A stretch of 62,587 bases of DNA, counting the filler, from Asterionella formosa (Eukaryota): the NCBI GenBank assembly GCA_002256025.1. It is 17 parts of 17 records of this genome, joined end to end, with 100 filler letters (N's around TTAATTAATTAA, not from the genome) between each part and the next. Parts side by side here need not be neighbours in the genome. Positions count along the whole stretch, not along the records: positions 1 to 30,453 come from NKIB01000868.1; positions 30,554 to 32,465 come from NKIB01000870.1; positions 32,566 to 34,476 come from NKIB01000871.1; positions 34,577 to 36,488 come from NKIB01000872.1; 13 more parts are not named here. One strand, written 5' to 3'. The notes below the pieces were generated by a model that was not told the origin of the DNA, searched no databases, and saw only the letters and a program-made list of their open reading frames with translations. Of this stretch, positions 24,264-36,588 are shown piece after piece. The position numbers and the translations under genes were made by a program. Numbering within the stretch: position 1 is the stretch's first letter; every line of letters begins with the position of its first letter.

Positions 24264-24744
24264 ATGGCCTATACAAATAGCCTATTAAGATTCACTTGTT
24301 AGATTCTAATAATTCATAAAATTTGACGACAAAATTAGTAGGCTTATCTACTATTTTGTTTTGTTGCTTCTTTAACATGTTCGATGGCCGCGACAAGGCA
24401 GGCCTATTAAAATGGCCTTCTACGTACCAGTCAGGGATGATGATCTACAAGCAAATGTCGTGCTTGTTAGTATCAAATGTGGTGACTAGCGACAGCAGGT
24501 GAAGTATTGATTAGGGCTGTTGAGATGGCCTTCCACCACCAGTTGCGTACTATATACGGTGGTCGTTGCCAAGGCCCCTCTCGTACCGGTCGCTTTACAA
24601 TTATTTATGGCCTGTTTTTGTACGACTGTATATTTGATTACAAGAGTATGAGTCATGAACACTATCTTCACTGATTTTGTCGTGAACCAGCCACTTCAAG
24701 ATAAGGAGTACGAGATAAGAGAGAGAAAGACCTAGTAAGAAACC

Positions 24745-25629
24745 ATGACGAAGCAAGAAGACGAAGAGTCTCAAATGATTGCATTGGAGTTAGATTTGGA
24801 AAAGGCACAATTTTGTGCCAGCAGAGAAATTCGTCAGGCCGTTCTTGAAGCCGACAAGGACGGCAGCGCTGGACATGTTCATGCGCAAGCAGACCCTGCC
24901 TCGGCTCAGATTCTCTACCTAATGGGAGATGTGCACGAATATGGAGTGTTGAAGGCTCGTCAGAACCACTTGTTGCTGTACGTCTTCCTAGTTCTGCTTT
25001 ACATTGGACTCAACGTGGCATTGTTGGGGGCCAACTTTCAGAGTCAAGAACTCATTGAGGAGGAGTACTACAACTCGTTCCATATGGCAGCCTTTTGGGG
25101 GGTATTCGGGTTTACCTTGCTGGAAGCATTCATTCTCATTGCTACTGACATTATCACGTGGGCAAACAGGTGTCAGACGCTGGTCATACTGTTCAATGTT
25201 ATGGCAGCCTTTGCAACTGCCATGCTCTTTAGCTTTGATCCACATTTGTATGAAGTACCTGCTCATTACATGGAGTATTCGGTTCAAATACTCATTTCAT
25301 GGGTCAATATTATCTTCTTACGAAGTTACATGATAAGGGCAGCAAACACTGGCCCTAACAGCATGTACCGATACGGGAGCGTGGAAATGGCAGTTGCATT
25401 GGCAGTCTTGGGACTTGCCATGTTAACCCTTATTGTGTACACGGGTGTTATACCTACTGACATGGGACCGGAACGTGCAGCACACTTTTGTGAATTTATC
25501 AATGAAATTTTCAATGGACTCTTTGCATTGGCCTATGCGACATTTTGTTACAAAGATGCAAACAAGCAACTGGATCAACATTACAAGGGAATGAAGGCAT
25601 TGCGACGTCATGAAGTGGATGTTTTGTAA
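24745..25629 (+). CDS. Hypothetical multi-pass membrane protein (294 aa, ~6 TM)
   Basis: Intact ATG-TAA ORF with a hydrophilic N-terminus, about six hydrophobic segments and recurring H-x-x-E-like motifs. Confidence 0.8.
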   Translation: MTKQEDEESQMIALELDLEKAQFCASREIRQAVLEADKDGSAGHVHAQADPASAQILYLMGDVHEYGVLKARQNHLLLYVFLVLLYIGLNVALLGANFQSQELIEEEYYNSFHMAAFWGVFGFTLLEAFILIATDIITWANRCQTLVILFNVMAAFATAMLFSFDPHLYEVPAHYMEYSVQILISWVNIIFLRSYMIRAANTGPNSMYRYGSVEMAVALAVLGLAMLTLIVYTGVIPTDMGPERAAHFCEFINEIFNGLFALAYATFCYKDANKQLDQHYKGMKALRRHEVDVL

Positions 25630-26107
25630 GTATGTGCATTGCTTCCTCTTTTGGTTTACGTTTCGTTCATTTAATTGCACACATTAAAGTGTGTTACTTT
25701 TACGTCATTGCTGTATAAATAATTATTATCATCATGCCAATTATTTTGGTGAAAGGATAAAGGCCGTTGTATTTGTATTCAACAGAGGAGAGAAACTACT
25801 TTTAATCCAATCTTCTAATGGACTCTACATTGTTGTTATTCAGAGCCCATCAGTACGTAAAATAGTTATCAACCAGCGGTAGACTAACGAGCTGTACAGT
25901 CAAAGCAACAGCTCCAGACAGGGAGTATGATGTCACCTGCAGTTCCATATATTGCAATCGTCAGTGTTACATAGGAGTCGAGCTTCGAAGTACTGGATGT
26001 GTGGGTTATACCGGTGTTAAGGTACCGGTAACCTTCTCGTTCATTGAAAGCAGTAAGAGGGAAATAACTAGTTTCACATGTGATAATATAAATAGATGAA
26101 ACAATCA

Positions 26108-26305
26108 TTAATATCCAGCCTTGTTATCCACAGGATTCAACAGGGGCTCTCGTCTCATGAATCTCGGTACACTTTCGCGAACAAAAAATTCAGTCGCTTC
26201 GTGCATAAGGGTGGCAGTTTGGTCCATATTGTGTGGACTCAACAAGACATTTTCCAACTCCCACAATTCACTGGATGCTGGAAATGGTTCGTTTGTAAAC
26301 ACATC
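26108..26305 (-). pseudogene. 3' fragment of a D-isomer-specific 2-hydroxyacid dehydrogenase, cut by an LTR
   Basis: DVFTNEPFPASSELWELENVLLSPHN...NPVDNKAGY*. The sequence immediately 5' is the LTR terminus, and the rest of the gene is absent from the window. Confidence 0.8.
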
Positions 26306-26466
26306 TGTTGGAGAAATTAGTTTAGGAAAGAAAAATCCCGGTATGAAATATCTACTAAATGAATCAAAGAAGAATATGGTACCAGAGAAAACTCAGAATT
26401 CGAAAACAATCTACATCACCAGTAAAACCCACAATTCAACTAACACTCTTAGGAATGATTACAACA
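26306..26466 (+). mobile_element. Putative 5' LTR of the decayed copia element
   Basis: TGTTG...CAACA inverted termini, directly followed by leader and gag-like sequence. Confidence 0.55.
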
Positions 26467-29400
26467 TCGTAGTTCATTTCTACAGCCTATTTGGTCCCTG
26501 ACGTGTCCTTACAGTGACGTGTCCTTACAGGATACAAGAAAGAAATAGAGAGCTTTGGGACACAATTTCAAATCAACAACAGGTGGACAGTTGAGAGTCC
26601 GGAGAAAAGATCTGAGGGTACCAGACCATCCAGAGTCTGAAGAAGTTGCACAAGGCACATCATGAGTGGCAAAGGAAAGTATACCAAGAAGGCTCAGGCC
26701 AAGGGCAAGTTTCAAGCCAAGGGAGGGAGCAATAATGCTTCTCACACCATCAAAAAGTCAGTTAATGACTTTAACTACTACCTCGGATCAGCAAAGCAGG
26801 CATCTGATTATGAGACTACTACTGAGTAACTCATCAACTACATCAAGAAAGTGTTCGACTATGGCAACAACATAGGAAAAGCGCTCAAGTTGTTAGAACC
26901 AATTAACACATTGGCATGAAAGCCAGGAATACAAGTGAGCATTGCAACAACAGAAGAAGATCACACTGCAAAGAATTGGCAATATGAGATTGAGTTCAAG
27001 GCTGATAAGATAAGAATAAACCCAAAGAGGAATGGGCAATCAACAAGGCCCATCAAAGCCATGCACAGGCACAGGCTACTACATTGGACACGAATACAGT
27101 TACCTCTGTCAATTCCAACAATTCACTGTCATCACAAGCTTCACAACAAGCAAATGTCAATCAAGTTGGATGGGCTGGAGCTCATATCAAACTACAATTT
27201 TACCAAGCATCTAAGATGCATGACTGGATAATATTGGATAATCAATCAAGTGTCACTGTCTTTTGCAATCCAAAAATGGTTGAAAACATTCAAATGCCGA
27301 CCAATGGAACCATGCACCTGGCCACAAATGGTGGATCCATGGTCACTAATATGAAGGCTGATCTTCCACAATGGGGAGAAGTGTGGTTTAACGAAAAGGC
27401 AATCACAAACATCTTCAGTCATGCCGAAATGGCAGATGGGTACAGAATTACCTATGACTCTCAGAAAGAAGATGCATTCATTGTTCATTTGCCTGACAAG
27501 CCAGTTCGATTCAAAAGAATTGGGATTACTTATATGTTTTCAAGCCTACTACAAAAATTAAAGCGGAAAATGCTCAAATGTTTAATTCGGTTGAAGAAAA
27601 CAAAACATTTTACACTGAGCATCAATTTGAGAGAGCCAAGCAAGCTCATGATCTATTTCATGTCTTGGGTAAACCATCAATTAATGATTTCAAGGCAATA
27701 ATTTGTATGAATACGATCAACGATAATCCAGTGACTACTGATGATATCAAAATTGCACAGAAAATTTTTGGACATGATGTCAGAACACTAAAAGCCAAGA
27801 CAACTTGTCGCAAGCCACTGCCAGTTGTGAACGACTACATCAAGATCCCTAAGAAGCTTATTGAAGCTCAATGCGAAGTGACTCTTTGCATGGATGGAAT
27901 GAAAGTGAATGGACAATCATTTCTCACAACAATTTTTTTCGAAACATTTTTTATAGGACAGCGCAATGGGTCAAGAATCAGACAGCTGATGTCTATTGAG
28001 ATACTTTGACTCAGCAGGTATTCTGTGTTTATATTACCGGAGGATTTAAAATTACAACAATCCACTGTGACAACGACTTTCGAGCTTTTATGGAAAAACC
28101 TTAAACCTTCCAATGAATATCAAGTCACCATGAACCAATCAAACCCATAAGAACATGTTCCTGAAGCGGAACAAAATAATCGAGTGATTAAAGAACGCGT
28201 GCGCGCAGCTTATCATCAATTACCTTTCAAACATTTGCCACGACTGATGATTAAGATTCTAGTCACAGAATCTGCAAAGAAAATGAATTTCTTTGGGATC
28301 TCCCTGTATTACAGTCCTTGTATGGTTTTACATCAAAGAAACCTGGACTATGCTCAACATTGCCAGTACACATTTGGCAGTTATGTCCAAGCACATGAAG
28401 AACCTGTGTTTTCAAATACTAATGCACCACGCAGCCTAGATTGCATTTATCTACACTTCAATGACAACATGGAAGGAGGTCATGAACTATGACAACTACT
28501 TACAAATTCATTGATCACTAGACAAACAGTTACTCCTCTACCACTTACCCCAGCAATCATAAATCAAGTACATGCCTTTGCAAGACCACCATCAAAGCTA
28601 ACTATGGTCCAACATCATTTGCATAACCAAGCACACTTTCAAGAAGAATATGCAATAGATAATGCAAAAGTGATCGCAATGACAATTCATTATATGAATG
28701 AGATGTCTATTGATAAAGAAGCATATCACTTTGTTCAGTCATACAGCTTAAGAAAAGGCCTCAAGAAATTTGGCCAGAAAGGAAGGGATGCTGTGCTCTA
28801 CAAGGAAATGAAACAACTATATGATAAAGTTCTATTTGAACCAATTAGGATTGAAGACCTAACAGAGATCGAAAAGCGACGCGCAATGGAAAGTCTAATT
28901 CTTTTGGTTGAAAAGAGAGACAAGAGTATTAAAGGCAGAGCTTGTGCCAATTGCAGTTGAGCAACGTGAATACATGGAAAGAGATGAAGCAGCTAGTCCG
29001 ACTACCATGACTGAATCTGTTATGATAACAGCAACAATTGATGCAAAGCAAAATCGCAATGTTATGACTGCAGATACACCCAATGTATTTGTGCAAGTGG
29101 ATATCAATGAGAATAAAGAAAAAGGGGAACGAATCATTATGATGATAAGAGGTTTACTTGTAAATATGTTGATAGAACTCAGCTCTGAGACTTATGAAAA
29201 ATATGTTGTTTATGAAGGGAACAACAAGGTCCTATATGTTAGGATGATCAAGGCATTATATGGCATGTTAGCTACAGTCATATTGTTATATTACAAGAAG
29301 ATTCAGAAGGATATTGAGTCAATTGGATTCAAGTTCAATCCATATGATCCATGCATTGCAAATTGCATTGTTAATGGCAAACAGCACACAGCTACTTGGC

Positions 29401-29634
29401 TCATTGACAATTTGAAACATGGACAGCAAAGTGAACAATCAATTTTTGGAATGGCTCAGAAAGAAATATGCTTCTGACAAAATTGGTGAAGTCAAGGTCA
29501 TGTGTGGAAAGAAGCATGATTATTTGGCAATGACACTAGATTACTCTCTTCCAGGAGTAATGAAGGTGGATATGACCATGTATATGAAATCAATGATTGA
29601 TGATTTTCCAGAGAAACTTGAAAATGCCAATTAA
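26467..29634 (+). mobile_element. Decayed Ty1/copia (diatom CoDi-type) retrotransposon: gag-PR-IN-RT remnants, 3' truncated
   Basis: Protease WIILDNQSSVTVFCN. Integrase HVPEAEQNNRVIKERVR. RT motifs IKGRACAN, ADTPNVFVQ, KALYGML, FNPYDPCIAN, HDYLAMTLDY. Many frameshifts and stops. Confidence 0.9.
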
Positions 29635-29665
29635 ATAGTAACTTAAAAATTGATGTCACTACTAT

Positions 29666-30453
29666 CTAAGTCGCGCTTCGAATCGTAAAGAGATTTGCAA
29701 GCGCTTCTATCCCCTCTAGGGCTGTTCCTGTGTTGGATCGTGACCTACCGGGCACTTCAACTGGCACATTGTGCAATGAGTTGGCTGGGTTCTGTCCTTT
29801 GATCTGAAGATCAACTGGCAATGAGGGGGCACTGTAGCGCATGTCTAGTTGCTTCTGAACTTCAAGACAGTAACTGAACAAATCAGCCTTGCTTTGGAGA
29901 ATAGGCACCAAATTCTGCCAAGCCTCCCGATGCTGACAAGAAATCACGTAGGCGATATATCCTAGGTCTGTCTCCACTTTACATGCACGAAAGCCAGAGA
30001 GGGACAACCATTCTCGAGGCCTTGCTTTAACAAATTCTTCCACAGTCTTTCGGAATAACTGGACCTTGGCATATGGGACATCCACGCCGAACTTGAGGTG
30101 TAAATACACTAAAGCACGGGGGGATCGAGCGGCATTGATGACACGGGCCGAGGCTAGAGCACCATTGGTCAGAGTTGCAACTTCGTTGGTGGCTCCAGAC
30201 CGAACTGTGGTAGTATACAAGTCGACACTTTCTACGTACCAACACGACGATCCGTCTACATTGGTGTCTTTGGTTGGGTCTGAAATGGCAATTCGATCAC
30301 CAATGTCATAGGGCTGACGAACCAAAATAAAAAGGATTCCCTTCAAAACACAAACAAACGAGATTAGATTGAAATGAAGTGGCTCCATGAAGATGATTCC
30401 CCATTACGCAACTCACCTCAAAGTATTTCGCACTTGCGCTACCAATCATAAAT
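29666..30453 (-). CDS. MscS-family mechanosensitive channel, C-terminal part. Exons <30453-30417 and 30340-29666
   Basis: FMIGSASAKYFE joins GILFILVRQPYDIGDRI across a gtgagt...tgaag intron. Also WYVESVDLYTTTVR and NGALASARVINAARSP. Confidence 0.88.
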
Positions 30454-30553
30454 NNNNNNNNNNNNNNNNNNNNNNNNNNNNNNNNNNNNNNNNNNNNTTA
30501 ATTAATTAANNNNNNNNNNNNNNNNNNNNNNNNNNNNNNNNNNNNNNNNNNNN

Positions 30554-32465
30554 TGCGCATATATTCCACACCTAAGTGTTTTCGTAGGGGACCTTGTTCC
30601 GTGATATTAAAATCCTCCTTGATCATATCTTTCATGTAGTCCACTGCATTCCTGGTACCACAAATAATTCCATCATCCACATAGTTTGCCAACAGCCCTT
30701 CAATTTGTCCATCGTTGCTACGGTAGATAAACAACATTGGGTCTATTTCGCTTTTCGTTATACCTTTCTTGCTGGTGACGCACTTTGCGAATGTCTTGGA
30801 CCAGCATCTTGGAGCTTGTACAATTCCATACATAGCCTTAATTAATTTGCAGATATGTATATTCTGATTGATCCCTGTCAATCCTTCTGGGGGCTCAATA
30901 TATATGTCTTCGTCGACGTCAGCATTTAGAAACGCTGCTTCAACGTCAATTGCTTCCGCTATCCAACCGTAGTACAAAGTAACAGCCAGAACAGTTTTTA
31001 TTGTAGCATCACTTGCAACAGGAGCGAATGTTTCAGTAAAATCAACTCCTGGGATCTGTTCATATCCCTTTACAACCAACCGTGCCTTGTATACTGTCTT
31101 TCCAGTTATCACGTCCTCCTTAATACGGAAGACCCATCTTGTCTTAAGAGCTCTCTTGTTCACGTCATTTCTCTTAACTATTTTCCACACTCCTCTTGCT
31201 TTGAAGTTTTCAAATTCTTTCTTTATAGCTTTCATCCACTCTTTGCGATCAGGTCTTACCATTGCCTCATCATAACTATTTGGTAAACCTGGGTCCGATG
31301 CAAGACTTGCATTGAATACAAAATTTACTTCAGTTTCCTTATTCGAAGAAGCTTCCTCCTCAATCACATTTGGTAGTGAAGTGTCTGGAGGGAATTTAAC
31401 ATTTTTAGTTGGATTGTATGATGAGTCCAACTTCTTCATTTCTCGTTCCAACTTTGCCTGTTGCTTCAAAACATTTCTCTTTTCTAGGTCAGAAATTTCA
31501 TCACTCCTTGAGGTAGTTTTTCCTTTTTCAGTGTCTGCGGTTGATTTATCCTTGTCGTCGTCATCTTCCTTGTTGTCTGAACCTTCTGGTAGTAAATCTT
31601 CATTGTAGAAATCATCATCTAATCCATCATTATTGACTTCAGCTTCTGGTTGAACTGTTACTTTCTCTTTAGCATTGTCCTTGTAGATTTTTCCTAGTCT
31701 GTCCGTAGGTGCGTTTGTTCCATGCCACTCACTCCACTTAACATCGCGTGTATTGATTACAGTGTTAGTCTCATGATTATACATACGATACGTATCTTGG
31801 GAGTGGTCCTCCGAATAACCCAAAAAGACACACTTGAAAGAACGTGCGTCTAATTTCTTAATGCTGTGTCTTGCAGTAACCCATCCTACGCGCCCAAATT
31901 GCTTGTATAACTTGTAGGGCCTTCTTGGATTCATTTCGCCGTAGAACATGTCGTCGGGACTTCTTTTAGTTACTGAGTTAACTGTACTATTTGTTAAACG
32001 TGTAGCTGTATGTACCGCCTCTGCCCATAATAGCCCTTGGTACTCATCTGTTAGTTTCGCACTTAGCATCATTGCTAGTGCCCTCTGTCGCACAATGACA
32101 AAACCGCGTTCCGCTACACCATTGTGTTGTGGAGTGTGCGGGGCAGTAAATTCCATTTTTATACCGCGATTTTCACATACCTTTCTCAATTGTTTAGTAT
32201 TCTCGCCTGCGTCATCGCAACGGACATACTTTGTCTTGTGACCGGCTCCGGCTAAACTTGATAGTAAAATTTCAATGACTGTTCCGATATCGCTCTTCTT
32301 TTTAATGAAATAGCTCCAGCGCTTTCTTGTGTAGTCGTCCACTGCCATGACCCAGTACTGATTGCCAACAGCGGATTTCGCGTAGGGTCCGCTGATGTCC
32401 ACAAACAGTCTCTCTCCAGGTACCGTCGATTTTTCTTGCGTTGTTTTTGGGACGGCTCGTGCTTT
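30554..32465 (-). mobile_element. Ty1/copia pol fragment (integrase + RT), open frame
   Basis: Integrase DISGP, VDDYTR, RCDDAGEN, TPQHNGVAER. RT YKARLVVKGYEQIPGVDF, IDVEAAFLNA, KAMYGIVQAPR, YVDD. Confidence 0.97.
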
Positions 32466-33554
32466 NNNNNNNNNNNNNNNNNNNNNNNNNNNNNNNNNNN
32501 NNNNNNNNNTTAATTAATTAANNNNNNNNNNNNNNNNNNNNNNNNNNNNNNNNNNNNNNNNNNNNGTATTTCGGTATGCAGCAGCGGTAAGGAGAGGAAG
32601 GTGTGACTGATGGGACACCAACAGCAGGTGAAGGAGGGAAGTATGAGCTGCCAGTTTGTTTTTGGAACTATATACTTGGGTTGTACTCCCAGCAGATCGA
32701 GATGCAATGTCGCCTAGTTTTGAAACTAAGGTGGATGACATCAGCCAGTCGACTCTCGTCTTGAAGGAGTGTTGACTCCTGACTACTAGTTATTGGTGGT
32801 AGCAGGAGTGACAAGTATGCAGAACGATGATTGAGAGTCCAGAAATGCCTCAAATGTGGTGTTTGAAGAATTTTTTAACAATTAACAAGTTGATGAAGCA
32901 ACAGAAATGATACAGGATTTGTGTCAAAGAGGTAGCTAGGAGGGAGGAAGCAATTCTGTCAGTATTGTAGTCTTTCTGTTACACCAAAAACTATTTGTTC
33001 TGTGGTAGGAATGCAAAAATTTGGAATTAGGTTTGTAAGGTTGCTGAAAATTTTACAAGGGTTGAGCAGGATATAGTAAGAAAGGTGGAGTATTGTTGCT
33101 TGGCAAAGCGTTGTGTGGGATATGATGACTGCCCTACTTTGAGCTGCGGTTTTTTCACTGCCACATTGCAAATTGACAAAATGTATGAGGTATATATTCC
33201 AGATAGAACAGTGCCACAGATTAGATTGCCAATCAATTGAGGATATCTGCTGATCATCACACTGGTGGTCATACACAGCTAGTATGTGTTTAGGTTATTA
33301 TTACACAGATGCATGATTTCATACAACTGTAGCTACATTATTTTTTCACTATTTTTCATTAGCTATATATTTATTGTTTTCACTTCATTTCGGGTATATG
33401 TATATTAGACATATACACACACCCACACACACCCCTACAATAAAAGACTTGGTCCTCTATTTACTGTAATATAGTGCTATAGTATATGTACTCGTGGTGA
33501 CTCCATATTAAGTACTAGGTACTCTAAATACATAAAATGGTCTATTCCCGCATA

Positions 33555-33815
33555 CACGTACCCTGGTACGGTACCTGGTACCGGTACCCTGGTAACCAGT
33601 CAATACGAGCAAATGGGCGCCGGTACCAGTACTAAGTACTGGTACCTGGTACCACAACCGGTATTGTCGCCAAGAATAGCTTTGTGCACTGTACTGGAGT
33701 AGTAGTAAACTACAAGTGCTAGCTTCCACTACGGGTTTAACTGGGAGTTTAATTTTTTACGACTACGTTCCCGGTACCAGTATTACCGGTATTCAATTTA
33801 CAGTACCAGGAAAAG
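33555..33815. repeat. GGTACC-rich palindromic cluster upstream of the CAP gene
   Basis: ggtaccagtact-a-agtactggtacc (33622-33646) plus many ggtacc/accggt units. Confidence 0.75.
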
Positions 33816-34179
33816 ATGGACAACCAATAGCTAAGATACTGCTATACGAATAATAACATATCACGTATATCTTTCACAGCGGCACCGTCATTGTTTTGCC
33901 CACCATCACACGCAGTGTGTAGTTTGCCAGTACTTCCGTTATTTTAAACACGCAAACTGCAGTACAAACATAAGTGTGGTGCTACTCCGAAGTACCAGGT
34001 ACTGTGTAACTGGAATGCGTATAACGACTTCCGGTTTGCTTTATCCCTTTGCTTGTAGTTAATAGATATACTCATGGCTGCAAAAAACAAATCAGCATAT
34101 GTGCTCAAAGGAAGATCCATTCTGGAAAAATCAAACGATCAGGGAACTCCCGGTAGATTATTTTTCGTCCTCGCAAAAC

Positions 34180-34476
34180 ATGTCATCGAAGCAACCCAAA
34201 GAGCTTGCTCCTCTTCAGGACCTACTTGACTCTGTCTTGAGCCGATTGGCAGCACTGGAAAGCCACGCTGGAATCGCACCACCAGCTCCTTCCGCGGCAA
34301 AACATTCAGTAGTCGAAACTTCTCCTTCTCCTTCCGCAGTTCACGATGAGCATCCAGCTGTCGTAGCTTACGATTCGTTCATCGAGTCAGCTGTGGTTCC
34401 ATTTTGCAATTCATGTTGCGAACTGGAAGGCATGCAGAATACTGGAGACCTTTTCAGGAACGCATGGGTAGGAATT
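34180..34476 (+). CDS. Adenylyl cyclase-associated protein (CAP/Srv2), N-terminal fragment
   Basis: LLDSVLSRLAALES (RLE-type coiled coil), an Ala/Pro/Ser linker, then HPAVVAYDSFI...F at the start of the helical domain. Truncated by the contig end. Confidence 0.7.
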
Positions 34477-34576
34477 NNNNNNNNNNNNNNNNNNNNNNNN
34501 NNNNNNNNNNNNNNNNNNNNTTAATTAATTAANNNNNNNNNNNNNNNNNNNNNNNNNNNNNNNNNNNNNNNNNNNN

Positions 34577-34760
34577 ACAGGAGCTATTTTTATCGCGAAG
34601 AATCAGAAAATTGGAACCAGTACAAAACACATTGATATTAAGTATCATCATGTAAAGGACATGATTGAGGATGAAGAATTGGAAGTCATTTTTATAAGGT
34701 TGGAAGATAATTTTGCGGCCATTATGACTAAGAACAAGAGAGAAAGTAAGTGGTACTAGG
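34577..34760 (+). mobile_element. Copia RNase H C-terminal remnant
   Basis: TGAIFIAKNQKIGTSTKHIDIKYHHVKD...EDNFAAIMTKN. Confidence 0.85.
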
Positions 34761-34873
34761 TAGTACTACGAGCACGTAAGAGTCTACGTGAAGAGAGACC
34801 CAGCCCGTGGGAACAAGTACGGACCATTTCAACAGTAGTCTACCTCATACCGCCACCAGGTGGATGGTAGACT

Positions 34874-36488
34874 CTATGTACCAGCAAGTTGCAGTAATTT
34901 TGATGAAACTAAAGATTTAGCTATCTTTATCCCAGATAGAAATGTTGTTCGTTTAAGCAAAATGACAGAAACTTGCAGGTAACTTGCTCTGTTGTACATC
35001 AGATAAAAGAAACATTTTTGAAGCGCAAGAGCGCTGCCACTAGCAAACAGAAGGCACTCCCAGTGTTGGGCGACCTTTTGCATGGATGAAACAAGGGCAG
35101 GGCTAGTGAGGGTCTCGGATGTGATCCAAAGATCCGTATCGTCTACAAATGCCTCTCCTGGGAGGTTGGAGTGGCGGACAGAGCGGGGAAAATGGGCGGA
35201 AAAGCCATTAGTGAGGTTGGAAAGAGCTTGGAGGAGCACATTGATCATGCACATCCATATACAGGGAGCAGCACCACTGCCCTGCAGAACTCCCAAAATT
35301 AGAAGAGTGCTGGTTGTGGTGAAATGGGCAGATGAGACACGACCATAAGCTGTGCGAACAAAAAAGTTCATAGCAAGAATGATAGCGAGCATGCAGGCAG
35401 CAGCTGAAGAGGGCATTCCTACACAAGATTCTGTGGCCATGAGACCCAGAAAGGGAATGACTCGGCCACAGCAAGCTTTGTCGTCATTGTTGAATATAGC
35501 AGCACAAGAGCGGCGGAGGCAAATGTAGTCATAGTAGGAAATACTCTTAAGGAGGATAGCGCTTAGGCAGCTGGCACCAGCAGGAATATTGCCAAAGTTC
35601 CATCGAGTCAGAGCGTTGTGGTGGAGAGCATGATAAACTAGGCGTCTACCCCATAGAAGGCGGAATGCTAAATTCATGTTGGCCTCAAGTAGTTGAATTA
35701 CTTGGAGGCGGGTGATGAGAGGATTGCCACTGTCTTTCTCAAGCATGAACTGGATGGCGGTAAGCCAACGAGTGGGGGCAAAACCAAGACGAAATGGGAG
35801 AGTAATTGTCATGAAGGCAAGAGGAGTCGCTATGGAGTCATCCCTGGCTAGAACCTTGTAGTGGATGAAATGCCGACCTGATGGGCTGGAGGCAGTATTT
35901 TCCGAAAGTGTTTTGAAACTGGATTGGAAATCCTCCATTGTGATAGTTATCTTGATTGGGTCTATGCCCTGGAGGGAGTCTGGGACAGCCATAGTTTTGA
36001 GAAAAAGACTGACTTCCAAGATGGGATCTAATGAAGCGTTTTTCCGCATGGAGAAGGGCAGCAGTGATATCTCGGTCTATCGATTCATATAGGGGTTGGA
36101 TGACTGTGAGGGGAGCATGGGTGGTGGTGTGAGATGGGCAAGATTTGTGTAGCGGGGGAAGACCTCCTGGTGAGTGTTGAGGTAGTTGTGGACAAAGGAA
36201 AGATATCGTTGGCACTGCTCTGGGTTGCATAGTCGAAGCAGACGTTGGCTGGGGGCAGTTGGGTCAGTGGAGCTATCCTGGAAGAGCGTGTGTTCATCAA
36301 GGTTGACATAAATAGCACGGTGGTCGCTGAATGGGCTGTGTTCATAGCTCAGAATACCATCTTTGCAAACTGCGGATAGAAAGAGTGTAGTTCCAAAAAT
36401 AAAATCGATGCAGAGAGATAGTTGATCTCTTATATTGGTGGAAATCGCCAATCCAAACTCACTGGATGATATGGTAGCAGCAGCTTGG
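34874..36488 (-). mobile_element. Decayed non-LTR (LINE-like) retrotransposon: end of the AP endonuclease plus RT
   Basis: Endonuclease IDFIFG...SDHRAI. RT SSPSGRH, RLQVIQLLEA, NDDKACCGRV, GVLQGSGAAP, FVDD, LALQKCFFY. Frameshifted. Confidence 0.88.
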
Positions 36489-36588
36489 NNNNNNNNNNNN
36501 NNNNNNNNNNNNNNNNNNNNNNNNNNNNNNNNTTAATTAATTAANNNNNNNNNNNNNNNNNNNNNNNNNNNNNNNNNNNNNNNNNNNN

